64,000 nt of DNA, taken from the NCBI GenBank assembly GCA_028688955.1, contig JAQTXD010000004.1, positions 8,249 to 72,248 on the forward strand, in the 5' to 3' direction. This DNA is from Desulfuromonadaceae bacterium (GTDB taxonomy: Bacteria > Desulfobacterota > Desulfuromonadia > Geobacterales > Pseudopelobacteraceae). The notes under the pieces were generated by a model, which was not told the DNA's origin, ran no database searches, and worked only from the letters and a program-made list of their open reading frames with translations. How positions within the stretch are numbered: the stretch's first letter is position 1; every line of letters starts with the position of its first letter. The position numbers were made by a program, and so were the translations under genes. This document shows, piece after piece, positions 15,920-24,175 of the stretch.

Positions 15920-16210
15920 ATGCCACTCATTGTCAAAGCATCTGATTTTAAATTTAAATATCCACGGGACATTGAAAATCGCGAACAGCCCAAGTTCATC
16001 GGTCTGCCTGACCCTGCTCCGTTCAACCGCGATGACCTCTATGATATTCTGCCGATGATGACCGCTGTCATGGAAGAACTGGGGAGCGAGGATGGCGAGG
16101 TTCTGAACCTCCTGGAAGACCTGCTGAACCAGATGCCGCGATTTGTTTCCACCCGTGGCGAGGTGTTCGATTACCTGCAGGGATCGGCGAGGGAATGCTT
16201 GAGACCGTAG
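15920..16210 (+). CDS. Hypothetical protein (96 aa), family not recognised
   Basis: Start chosen at ATG 15920 behind a GGAGGG RBS. The track start at 15866 would overlap the previous gene and adds an Arg-rich junk-like N-terminus. The stop overlaps the macrodomain gene start by 16 nt. Confidence 0.45.
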   Translation: MPLIVKASDFKFKYPRDIENREQPKFIGLPDPAPFNRDDLYDILPMMTAVMEELGSEDGEVLNLLEDLLNQMPRFVSTRGEVFDYLQGSARECLRP

Positions 16211-16626
16211 GCGATATCTGGGAATACATATCTGCAGGCATAATTGCGATCACAACCAACGGGTCGCTCACCGGGAATGGGCGGGCGATCTTTGGCCGTG
16301 GGGTGGCGAGACAGGCGTCACGTAGATATCCGCAGCTGGCTGAAAAATTAGGCACATTGCTGGCAGAACAGGGCAGCCACGTGTTTGACCTTGGTTGCGG
16401 TATTGTTACTTTTCCGGTTGAGGAAACGCCCTGGTCGCTCCCGGACCTGCGCATCATCGCACGCTCAGCCCAGGAATTACGGGCATTGGCTGATATATGC
16501 GGATGGCAGCATATTATTGTTCCCCGACCGGGTTGCGGTGGCGGGGGTCTTGCATGGAGAGATGTACGGCCGCTGCTTGAGCCATGGTTTGACGAACGTT
16601 TTATCGTTATCAGCCAGCAGGAATAA
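16195..16626 (+). CDS. Macrodomain protein, TARG1/OARD1-like (predicted ADP-ribose binding or ADP-ribosyl hydrolase)
   Basis: 143 aa. GDIWEY...IAITTNG...GRGVARQ...VPRPGCGGGGLAWRDV parallels, from memory, the human TARG1 pattern GDLF...MPRIGCGLDRLQWENV. Confidence 0.65.
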   Translation: MLETVGDIWEYISAGIIAITTNGSLTGNGRAIFGRGVARQASRRYPQLAEKLGTLLAEQGSHVFDLGCGIVTFPVEETPWSLPDLRIIARSAQELRALADICGWQHIIVPRPGCGGGGLAWRDVRPLLEPWFDERFIVISQQE

Positions 16627-16698
16627 ATTAATACCTGCTGACTATTCTGAACAGGTATGTATATTTAGACTGAAATTTATGAACAAAAGGAGTGCGCC

Positions 16699-18144
16699 AT
16701 GTCCAACGCCGGTCTTCAGGGGAACAAACCCCGCACCCCCTATCACGAGTTTTACGCTGATGATTTCACGCCTCGTGACCACTACCGGCTGTTGTGGGAT
16801 AATATCAGGGCCACCGGTAACAGTGCCCTTGAGGCAAAAGCCCACGAGTCGCAGCTGGCGCTGCAGGCTGAGGGTGTAACCTTCACGGTATATGGGGAGA
16901 GTGAGGAAGGGATCGAACGCATCTGGCCCTTCGACCTGATCCCGCGCATCATTACCGCCCAGGAGTGGGTCAAGATCGAACTGGGTCTTAAACAGCGGGT
17001 GCGGGCTCTGAACCACTTCCTCGGGGATCTCTACGGCGAACAGCGCATAATCAAGGACGGGGTCATACCCCCGGAGCTTATCTATCAGGGGCGGGACTTC
17101 CGTCGTGAGATCGTCGGCATCGTGCCGCAGCGGGGGATCTATACCCATGTCAGCGGTATTGATATTATCCGTGATGAAAAAGGTGAGTTCCTGATTCTTG
17201 AAGATAATCTGCGTACACCATCCGGTGTCTCCTATATGATCGAGAACCGGGTCATAGAGCGGCGGATCATGCCGGAATTTTTCAATAAATACCGCGTACG
17301 CCGTGTTGAACACTACCCGTCCCTGCTGCTCGCCGCCCTGCGCGGGCTCTCACCGCGCGGTAAGGACAACGCCGAGATCGTGCTGCTGACCCCCGGTATC
17401 TACAACTCGGCCTATTTCGAGCACACCTTCCTTGCCAAGGAAATGGGTATTGAACTGGCCGAGGGGCGTGACATGGTCGTGGTCAACGATATTGTCTACC
17501 TGAAAACCACTACCGGTCTGCAACGGGTGGACGTGATCTACCGCCGTATCGACGATGATTTTCTTGATCCACTGGTGTTCCGCTCTGACTCCTCCCTGGG
17601 CATCGCCGGGGTAATTAATGCCTGGAGGGCGGGGAACGTTGCGATTGTCAATGCACCCGGCAGCGGCATTGCCGATGATAAGGCGGTGTACCCGTACGTG
17701 CCGGACATTATCCGCTACTACCTCGGCCAGGAACCGATCCTCAATAATGTGCATACCTACCAGATGACCAACAAGTCAGATCGTGAGTATGTTTTCGACA
17801 ACATGGAGCGGATGGTGATCAAGGCGGTCAGCGAATCCGGTGGCTACGGCATGCTCATGGGACCTTCATCGACCCCCGCTTCGCGGAAAGAGTTCATGGA
17901 TCTGGTGCTGGAGAATCCGCGCAACTATATCGCCCAGCAGGTTGTCTATCTCTCCCGTCACGTCTGCTATATGGATGGTGAGCTGGAAGCCAGGCATCTG
18001 GATCTGCGTCCGTACGTGATTTATGGCGACGATATTGAGGTCGTTCCTGGTGGGCTGACCAGGGTGGCACTTCGCAAGGGTTCGCTGGTTGTTAACTCAT
18101 CTCAGGGTGGCGGCAGCAAAGATACGTGGGTATTGGCTGAGTAA
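16699..18144 (+). CDS. Circularly permuted ATP-grasp type 2 protein (COG2308-type amidoligase)
   Basis: 481 aa. Its N-terminus, length and position upstream of alpha-E and transglutaminase genes match the conserved COG2308-COG2307-COG1305 triad. Confidence 0.8.
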   Translation: MSNAGLQGNKPRTPYHEFYADDFTPRDHYRLLWDNIRATGNSALEAKAHESQLALQAEGVTFTVYGESEEGIERIWPFDLIPRIITAQEWVKIELGLKQRVRALNHFLGDLYGEQRIIKDGVIPPELIYQGRDFRREIVGIVPQRGIYTHVSGIDIIRDEKGEFLILEDNLRTPSGVSYMIENRVIERRIMPEFFNKYRVRRVEHYPSLLLAALRGLSPRGKDNAEIVLLTPGIYNSAYFEHTFLAKEMGIELAEGRDMVVVNDIVYLKTTTGLQRVDVIYRRIDDDFLDPLVFRSDSSLGIAGVINAWRAGNVAIVNAPGSGIADDKAVYPYVPDIIRYYLGQEPILNNVHTYQMTNKSDREYVFDNMERMVIKAVSESGGYGMLMGPSSTPASRKEFMDLVLENPRNYIAQQVVYLSRHVCYMDGELEARHLDLRPYVIYGDDIEVVPGGLTRVALRKGSLVVNSSQGGGSKDTWVLAE

Positions 18145-18158
18145 GGAGGAGGAATATC

Positions 18159-19094
18159 ATGTTAAGTCGTATAGCCGATTCTATGTATTGGATGGCCCGT
18201 TATCTGGAGCGGGCCGGGGAAACCGCCCGTCTGATGGAGATCAACCTGCTCTATCTGGTTGAGGCGGAAGAGGATATGGGCGAAGAGGACAAATGGCGGC
18301 CGATCCTGCAGATAAACTCATCGGAGCCGCTCTATGACGAACAGTTCGGCGGCGGCATCAGTACGCCGCGCGTGTTGCAGTTTATCAGTGCCGGACGTTC
18401 AAATCCCAGCTCCATCCGCACCTGCCTGCGTCTTTTCCGGGAGAATGCCCGGGTTGCGCGCGATCGCATTTCCAAAGAGATGTGGGAGGCGGTCAATGAA
18501 ATCTGGATGAACTTTGACGAACGGCTGAAGGGATCATTGACTCCTGAACGGGCCGGAGCCATTTTTGTTGAGTTACGCAACCAGGTGGCGCGCTTTAACG
18601 GATTGGTTGCCTCCACCATGATGCGTGGCGAGGCGTATGCGTTCTACCAGCTGGGGGGATGTCTCGAACGTGCCGACATGACCGCCCGTACACTTGATAT
18701 CAAGTATCATATTATTCTGCCTGATCTCTCCATGGTTGGATCTGCGCTAGACTATTACCAGTGGGCTGCCCTGCTCAAATCATTGTCCGGATTCGAAGCG
18801 TTCCGGCGCAATTACCATTCTGCCTTCATGCCGGCAGACGTCGCCGAATTTGTTGTTCTTAACCGTGAATTCCCCCGGTCGATCGTTTTTTCCGTGAAGC
18901 ATATGGGCGGGGCCCTGCAGGCGATTGGCCTGGAGAACAAGGCGGCGACCGAGGCGGCGTTTCAGAGTCTGAGTGAATCGGTAGAGGTGACCGTGAAGCA
19001 GATATTCGATAACGGTCTGCACGAATACCTGGATGAATTGCTGCGACGACTGTCACTGCTCCACGGTGCTCTGGCGGAAGAATTTTTTCAATAG
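18159..19094 (+). CDS. Alpha-E domain protein (COG2307)
   Basis: 311 aa. The N-terminus MLSRIADSMYWMARYLERAGETARL is the characteristic alpha-E family start. Confidence 0.8.
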   Translation: MLSRIADSMYWMARYLERAGETARLMEINLLYLVEAEEDMGEEDKWRPILQINSSEPLYDEQFGGGISTPRVLQFISAGRSNPSSIRTCLRLFRENARVARDRISKEMWEAVNEIWMNFDERLKGSLTPERAGAIFVELRNQVARFNGLVASTMMRGEAYAFYQLGGCLERADMTARTLDIKYHIILPDLSMVGSALDYYQWAALLKSLSGFEAFRRNYHSAFMPADVAEFVVLNREFPRSIVFSVKHMGGALQAIGLENKAATEAAFQSLSESVEVTVKQIFDNGLHEYLDELLRRLSLLHGALAEEFFQ

Positions 19095-19191
19095 GGGGGA
19101 CACCGCGCGTGCCCTCGATGCAACATCCCGGTGTCGGTAACTCCGGGGCGGTGTGCTGCTGTTGCCGTACCTGAAACCAGAGGAGAAGTAC

Positions 19192-20070
19192 ATGCGGTAT
19201 CTTATAGAACACGAAACGATCCTTGAGTATCCTCAGATGGTCCGTGAACATCATGTTGAGCTGCGTCTGGCACCACGCGCGGACGGGCATCAAAAGGTTC
19301 TTTCCTGCGCCATGGAAACGGAACCGGACGCAGAAATGGCGTCCTATTTCGATTATTTTGGTAATCGGGTGGATTATTTCTGCGTGATCCAGCCACACAC
19401 CCGTCTCGTGACGCGTTTGAAGAGCGAAGTGGAAACCCTGCAGCAGAACCCGTTCAATTTTGAGGCGATAGCAGCAGTCGACGAACAGGAATGGTTGCAA
19501 AAAACAATTCGGCGCACCCCTCCGATGAACGATTATGTTCTTCATCGCAGTCTGTTGACACCGTCAGCTATGAAGCTGGCCGAAGCGGTCGCGTGTGCTT
19601 TCCCAAGACGTGATAGCGAGCAACCGGTGCTGGATTCGCTTATGGCGTTGCTGGAGTGGGTACCATCGGTGCTGGAGTATCGATCCGGCAGTACTGAGGT
19701 CCACGGCTCATTAACCGCTGCTGTGCGTCAGGGGGGCGGAGTCTGCCAGGATTTTGCCCATCTTTTCATCACTGTGGCACGCTCATGGGGAGTTCCCGCT
19801 CGCTATGTCATGGGGTATCTTGATCCCGGCATCAGTCAGGTTGGTGAACCGCTGGCAACCCACGCCTGGGCAGAGGTTCTGGTACCGGGTGCCGGATGGA
19901 TCGGCTTTGACGCAACCCATAACCTGTTGGCGAATGATCACTATGTAGCGGTTGCGGTCGGTCGGGACTCCTACGATGCTGCACCCCAACGTGGCAGCTT
20001 TAAAGGGGAGCCATCAGGTGAACTGCCGACAGTAACAGTAACGATGCAGGGACAGGGCCAGGAACAGTAG
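19192..20070 (+). CDS. Transglutaminase-like cysteine peptidase family protein (Bact_transglu_N plus transglutaminase core)
   Basis: Start chosen at ATG 19192 behind a GAGGAG RBS (MRYLIEHET...). The catalytic Cys context is GGGVCQDFAHLF, with His/Asp in HAWAEVLVPGAGWIGFDATHN. Confidence 0.85.
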   Translation: MRYLIEHETILEYPQMVREHHVELRLAPRADGHQKVLSCAMETEPDAEMASYFDYFGNRVDYFCVIQPHTRLVTRLKSEVETLQQNPFNFEAIAAVDEQEWLQKTIRRTPPMNDYVLHRSLLTPSAMKLAEAVACAFPRRDSEQPVLDSLMALLEWVPSVLEYRSGSTEVHGSLTAAVRQGGGVCQDFAHLFITVARSWGVPARYVMGYLDPGISQVGEPLATHAWAEVLVPGAGWIGFDATHNLLANDHYVAVAVGRDSYDAAPQRGSFKGEPSGELPTVTVTMQGQGQEQ

Positions 20071-20168
20071 GACGGATTCCTGACAGTACTTTTTTCTCCA
20101 CGTTTCCTGCTTCACCGTGGTATTTTCTGCCCAATATGAACTAACCTGAAATCCTGAAAGAGACAACG

Positions 20169-21143
20169 ATGTCCGCACCACAATCCATGAAAATAGAAAC
20201 ATTCTTTACCATAGAGATGCCATACCGTGAGCGGATGGATATCCGTCGCACCGTATTTACGGGCGGCGATGGCCCCCGGGTTGCCGTTACTGCCGGAATT
20301 CACGGTGATGAGCTCGAGGGTCTCTATGTCTGTCACCGGTTGGCCGTCTGGCTGGACGAGCTGCAGCGGACTTCTCCCGGAGCCCTGCGCGGAAGCGTTG
20401 AGCTGTACCCGGCGATAAACACTCTGGGGCTTGATACCTTGACCCGTGGTCTGCCGGTTTTCGACACCGACCTCAACCGCGCATTTCCCGGTTCTCCGGG
20501 AGGACCGCTTCCTGAGCGGCTGGCGGCAGCACTGATGACGGAGCTTTCAGGGGCAGCACTGGTGGTTGATATCCATGCCAGCAATATTTATCTGCGTGAA
20601 ATTCCCCAGGTGCGTATCAACCAGGAGTTTGACGACCTGCTGGTTCCGATTGCCCAACGCATGAACCTGGATCTGATCTGGCTGCACGGTGCGGCGACGG
20701 TGCTGGAAACCACCGTCGCCCACAGTCTCAACAGTTGTGGCACCCCCTGTCTTGTTGCGGAAATGGGGGTCGGCATGCGTATTACTCCGGAATACTGCGA
20801 TCAACTGGTTGCGGGGATCCTGACGGTCTGGAAGGATTTGGGTGCTTTTGCTCCTGATGTGGTCGTTCCTGTGGTGGATCATGCTCCGCTGATCGCCGAC
20901 GACAGCAATGTCCATTATCTCAATGCCCAGACATCCGGCATGTTCATTCCGGCTGCGGCTCACTGGACTGATGTGCGCTGCGGAGAAATCCTCGGTACGA
21001 TTGTCTCGCCGTTTCGGAGTGAAATCCTTTCCGAAGTACGTTCGCCGGTGGACGGCGTTCTTTTTACGCTGCGGGAATATCCGCTGGTATACGAAGGATC
21101 GCTTATGGCACGGGTTATGGCACGGAAAGGGGGGAGATCATGA
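20169..21143 (+). CDS. Succinylglutamate desuccinylase/aspartoacylase (AstE/AspA, M14-like) family zinc hydrolase, copy 1
   Basis: 324 aa. The metal and active-site motifs are present: GIHGDELEG, DLNRAFPG and DIHAS. Confidence 0.75.
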   Translation: MSAPQSMKIETFFTIEMPYRERMDIRRTVFTGGDGPRVAVTAGIHGDELEGLYVCHRLAVWLDELQRTSPGALRGSVELYPAINTLGLDTLTRGLPVFDTDLNRAFPGSPGGPLPERLAAALMTELSGAALVVDIHASNIYLREIPQVRINQEFDDLLVPIAQRMNLDLIWLHGAATVLETTVAHSLNSCGTPCLVAEMGVGMRITPEYCDQLVAGILTVWKDLGAFAPDVVVPVVDHAPLIADDSNVHYLNAQTSGMFIPAAAHWTDVRCGEILGTIVSPFRSEILSEVRSPVDGVLFTLREYPLVYEGSLMARVMARKGGRS

Positions 21144-22084
21144 TTCGCAATCTGCTCTGCATGACCGCTCCGGTACGGGAAGGGTTTGACATCCCGTATC
21201 ATGAAATTGGCCCCAAATCTTCAAACCCCGCTGTTGCCCTGGTTGCCGGACTGCATGGTGATGAGCTCAACGGCATCTTCATCCTGTCTCGCCTGGCCGA
21301 TTTTTTAAATTGCGTTGAAGCCGGGAAGTATCCGGAGTTGAAACTGGTTAAGCGGGTGTTGATCATCCCCGCTGTCAACGTGCTGGGTGTCAATCTGCGT
21401 ACGCGTACCTGGCCCTTCGATAAATCGGATATCAACCGCATGTTTCCCGGCAGCACCACCGGTGAAACGACCCAGCGCATCGCGTATGCGGTGCTGGAGG
21501 CGACGAAACGTGCCGAGTACCGCATCGATATTCACACCGCCAGCAACGATTTCGAGGAAATCCCGCAGGTGCGTCTCCACGGGCCGACTGATGCAGAACG
21601 TGCAACGGCACGGCAGTTCGGACTTCCGGCGGTGATGGAACGTTCACTTTCACCGGTTTTTACCACAACCATGATGCATTCGTGGAAGGTATGGCCTGGT
21701 CAGAGCTTTGTCATGCGGGTGGGGCGCGGCAGTGCCGTCCAGTTGGACCACTGCCAGAGAGTCTTTCGGGCAATGGTCTCGTTTCTGGGCAGGATAGGTG
21801 TGCTGGAAGGGGTCGAGATTGCAATCGAAGATGAGGAGGTCTGCTGTTTTGACAAGGCAAGCGCCTTCCGTGTCTACGCAGAAAAAGCCGGTACCTTCGT
21901 TTCCGACAGCCAGGTTGGTCGCTGGGTACGGGCGGGCCAGGAGCTGGGGTATATCTACGACAGCTTTGCCGGCAATGTGATTGAAAAGGTTGTTGCCCCT
22001 GTAGCCGGTCTGCTGACCGGCATCCGCCGCCATCCGCTGCTGTTTGAGGGAGACCTGATTCTGCGGGTTAACAGAAAGGCTTGA
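21140..22084 (+). CDS. Succinylglutamate desuccinylase/aspartoacylase (AstE/AspA, M14-like) family zinc hydrolase, copy 2
   Basis: 314 aa. Motifs GLHGDELNG, DINRMFPG and DIHTAS are present. ATGA overlap with copy 1. Confidence 0.75.
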   Translation: MIRNLLCMTAPVREGFDIPYHEIGPKSSNPAVALVAGLHGDELNGIFILSRLADFLNCVEAGKYPELKLVKRVLIIPAVNVLGVNLRTRTWPFDKSDINRMFPGSTTGETTQRIAYAVLEATKRAEYRIDIHTASNDFEEIPQVRLHGPTDAERATARQFGLPAVMERSLSPVFTTTMMHSWKVWPGQSFVMRVGRGSAVQLDHCQRVFRAMVSFLGRIGVLEGVEIAIEDEEVCCFDKASAFRVYAEKAGTFVSDSQVGRWVRAGQELGYIYDSFAGNVIEKVVAPVAGLLTGIRRHPLLFEGDLILRVNRKA

Positions 22085-22090
22085 AACCAG

Positions 22091-22777
22091 ATGCTGCATA
22101 TTATTCAGAATGATCCGGACGTTCCGCCGGGGAATATACTGCATGATTGTACCATCCCGTATAGTGTCCATCACCCTTACCGAGGCGAACGTCTCCCGGA
22201 AGTTGGTGAAATATCGGCATTAATCGTAATGGGGGGGGCAATGGGAGCAAATGACGACAGTCGCCACCCGTTCCTCGCAGATCTCAAGAGCCTTATTCGA
22301 ACAGTCGTAACAGACAAAATTCCCTATCTGGGCATCTGCCTTGGCGGGCAGTTGCTGGCGGCAGCATTGGGGGGATCGGTTGTTTCAAGGCGGTGGGAGG
22401 AGTTGGGCTTTTTGAGCGTTTCACTGACACGGGATGGTGCGGCGGATCCTCTTTTCGATGGAATATCTACGGAATTCACCACCTTTCAGTGGCATCACGA
22501 CAGCTTTGATATTCCCGCCGGCGGTGTGCTGCTGGCAACGTCGCCGGACTGTCCTCACCAGGCGTTTCGTTTCGGTGATTCTGCGTGGGGATTACAGTTT
22601 CACCCGGAGGTGACCGGACAGATTATCCGTGAGTGGTGCGGGTGGGATGCGGCAACGCGGTTAAAAGCTGATGAACTTGTGTGCATGTTCGAAAAACATA
22701 GTGACAACTACTGCACAATCTCCCGGCACCTCATGGGAAATTTTCTCCTGAAAGCCGGTATGAGTTCACTGTCCTGA
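22091..22777 (+). CDS. Class I glutamine amidotransferase-like protein (GATase1)
   Basis: 228 aa. The nucleophile elbow is YLGICLGGQLL and the His/Glu pair lies in LQFHPE. Lies 6 nt after the preceding gene. Confidence 0.8.
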   Translation: MLHIIQNDPDVPPGNILHDCTIPYSVHHPYRGERLPEVGEISALIVMGGAMGANDDSRHPFLADLKSLIRTVVTDKIPYLGICLGGQLLAAALGGSVVSRRWEELGFLSVSLTRDGAADPLFDGISTEFTTFQWHHDSFDIPAGGVLLATSPDCPHQAFRFGDSAWGLQFHPEVTGQIIREWCGWDAATRLKADELVCMFEKHSDNYCTISRHLMGNFLLKAGMSSLS

Positions 22778-22781
22778 TACC

Positions 22782-22801
22782 GCAGGGTAGTGTGTCCCTG
22801 C
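22782..22801. terminator. Weak hairpin between the convergent GATase and cowN genes
   Basis: GCAGGG (22782-22787) pairs with CCCTGC (22796-22801) around an 8-nt loop. No strong T-tract follows. Confidence 0.3.
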
Positions 22802-22811
22802 CCTTTCCGGA

Positions 22812-23117
22812 TCAGCAGCTCTCCGCCTCGATCTGTTCCAGTAATGCCAGTGCCGGCTGATCGTCATATTGTTCAAATAACTCACTGATATTGTTTATGT
22901 ATGCATGGATCAGGAACAGCTCGTCAAGACATCTCCCGTTGTTTTCATCCGGTTTTCCAACCCGCTCCAGCTTGTCTTTGAACATCTCCCAGAAGCGGTT
23001 GCTCTTGAGCGGGTCATCAATATGGTATCGCAGCATTTCAATCAGCCTCCGCGAGTTATTATCTCCGTCAATGCCGACAAATGACACATATCGGTTCGGC
23101 TTAGCTCTCAGCTGCAT
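22812..23117 (-). CDS. cowN: N2-fixation sustaining protein CowN (CO tolerance of nitrogenase)
   Basis: 101 aa from ATG 23117, which has a GGGGAGG RBS 4 nt upstream. [39 protein letters not shown] and the acidic C-terminus ending ESC fit my recollection of the CowN family. The 152-aa track version adds a junk-like N-terminus that overlaps the upstream gene. Confidence 0.65.
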   Translation of the reverse strand: MQLRAKPNRYVSFVGIDGDNNSRRLIEMLRYHIDDPLKSNRFWEMFKDKLERVGKPDENNGRCLDELFLIHAYINNISELFEQYDDQPALALLEQIEAESC

Positions 23118-23430
23118 CTGACCTCCCCGCTTTTGACCCGCAACCGCAGGCACCACAGGTGCAGATACGTTCGCCGCACTCCCGGCAGCCCGGATTCTGC
23201 GGGTCGCGTCCGTCAACGGTGAGGCCGCAGAAAGGACAGATATAGCGGTAAAATGAAAATCTGCAGTCACGACAGTACAGCATCTTATCGTTGTCAGGCT
23301 TGGGAATGATATGGATAGAACCGCAGATCAGACAGATCTGTGCCGCTTCAGGTACGTTCCTGATGCCGTCACGGTGAGTACGGTATTTTTCAAACAGTTT
23401 TTTTGCACGCTCTCTCTCAAGTGGTTCCAT
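23101..23430 (-). CDS. Cys-rich zinc-ribbon protein (109 aa), co-oriented with cowN and overlapping it
   Basis: Start chosen at ATG 23430, which has a GGGAGG RBS (23437-23442) 6 nt upstream. Contains 13 Cys, including the CxxC pairs CLIC, CRDC, CPFC and CREC, and a terminal CTCGACGC. The stop overlaps the cowN start by 17 nt. Confidence 0.55.
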   Translation of the reverse strand: MEPLERERAKKLFEKYRTHRDGIRNVPEAAQICLICGSIHIIPKPDNDKMLYCRDCRFSFYRYICPFCGLTVDGRDPQNPGCRECGERICTCGACGCGSKAGRSDAAES

Positions 23431-23453
23431 AGGCATCCTCCCAAAATCAGCCA

Positions 23454-23469
23454 TGCACCATTCGGGCCA
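23454..23469 (-). promoter_or_regulatory. Candidate sigma-54 promoter for the Cys-rich gene/cowN operon
   Basis: The minus strand reads TGGCCC-GAATG-GTGCA with correct GG/GC spacing. The element ends about 24 nt upstream of the chosen ATG (23430), just before the RBS. Confidence 0.4.
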
Positions 23470-23484
23470 TATTCGGCGATGCTC

Positions 23485-23523
23485 AGACAATCACAACTGC
23501 GCATCAGACAGTCTGCATTGTCT
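23485..23523. promoter_or_regulatory. Nested inverted repeats in the cowN-operon/tetR divergent region (possible activator or repressor site)
   Basis: AGACAAT (23485-23491) and ATTGTCT (23517-23523) flank the palindrome CAGAC-A-GTCTG (23505-23515). Confidence 0.3.
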
Positions 23524-23557
23524 CAAAAATATGTTGACATCCATAGTGGAAAAAGGT

Positions 23558-23583
23558 ACTCGGAATGAACGTTCATTCCGAGT
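23558..23583. promoter_or_regulatory. 26-bp perfect palindrome, probable TetR operator
   Basis: ACTCGGAATGAAC/GTTCATTCCGAGT ends 16 nt upstream of the tetR ATG. TTGACA lies at 23534-23539, 17 nt before TACTCG, so the palindrome would overlap the -10 region. Confidence 0.6.
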
Positions 23584-23599
23584 ATTGTGGGGTTGATGT

Positions 23600-24175
23600 A
23601 TGGCAAAGCTGGACAAGCGAGATGAAATAGTTCGTGCCGCCCTGGAACTTATTGCCGAGCACGGCTTTCACGGTGCTCCAATGGCAATGATTGCCGAACG
23701 GGCAAGTGTTGGCGCCGGGACAATCTACCGTTATTTTGAAAACAAGGATGTCATGATAACGGAGCTTTTCCGGGAAATAGAAGAACGGAACTATCCGATT
23801 CTCAAGGCGGGATATGCTCCTGACCAGCCGCTTCGCGAGCGGTTTTTTCACCTGTGCACCGCACTTATGCACTATTTTATTGAAAATCCGCTTGATTTCC
23901 GGTTCATCGAGCAGTTTTTCAACTCACCCTACGGAGTGGCACATCGACGGGACAAGCTATTGGGGACAAAAGAAGGGTGCGATGTATTTAAGGAACTCTT
24001 TGAAGATGGACTCAGTCGGCAGGTTATGAAGGATCTTCCGCTTGTCATCCTCTTTGATCTGGCTTTCGGGCCGATTTTAGCGGTGGCGCGTGACCATATA
24101 CTCAGCTTCATTGTTCTGGATGATGTTTTGATCGCCAGGACGGTTGAAGCGTGCTGGGATGCCATAAAGCGGTAG
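23600..24175 (+). CDS. TetR/AcrR-family transcriptional repressor
   Basis: 191 aa with an N-terminal HTH (IVRAALELIAEHGFHGAPMAMIAERASVGAGTIYRYFENKD). Positioned directly upstream of the RND pump genes. Confidence 0.85.
   Translation: MAKLDKRDEIVRAALELIAEHGFHGAPMAMIAERASVGAGTIYRYFENKDVMITELFREIEERNYPILKAGYAPDQPLRERFFHLCTALMHYFIENPLDFRFIEQFFNSPYGVAHRRDKLLGTKEGCDVFKELFEDGLSRQVMKDLPLVILFDLAFGPILAVARDHILSFIVLDDVLIARTVEACWDAIKR

Noticed and set aside
16627-16698. Hairpin ATACCTG-N14-CAGGTAT between the macrodomain gene and the ATP-grasp gene, considered as an operon boundary terminator
   Set aside because: It has a 7-bp stem with a 14-nt loop and no U-tract, which is too weak to call. Whether the ATP-grasp cluster is transcribed from the nifB promoter stays open.
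23118-23270. N-terminal extension of the cowN ORF (the 152-aa version in the track)
   Set aside because: The extension overlaps the Cys-rich gene in another frame and is Ala/Ser-rich junk. The internal ATG at 23117 has a strong GGGGAGG RBS and yields a protein of typical CowN length.
23431-23490. Upstream TTG/ATG starts for the Cys-rich protein (the 129-aa version)
   Set aside because: These starts would place the candidate sigma-54 element and the GGGAGG RBS inside the coding region. The ATG at 23430, with a 6-nt spacer after GGGAGG, fits better. The start remains uncertain.
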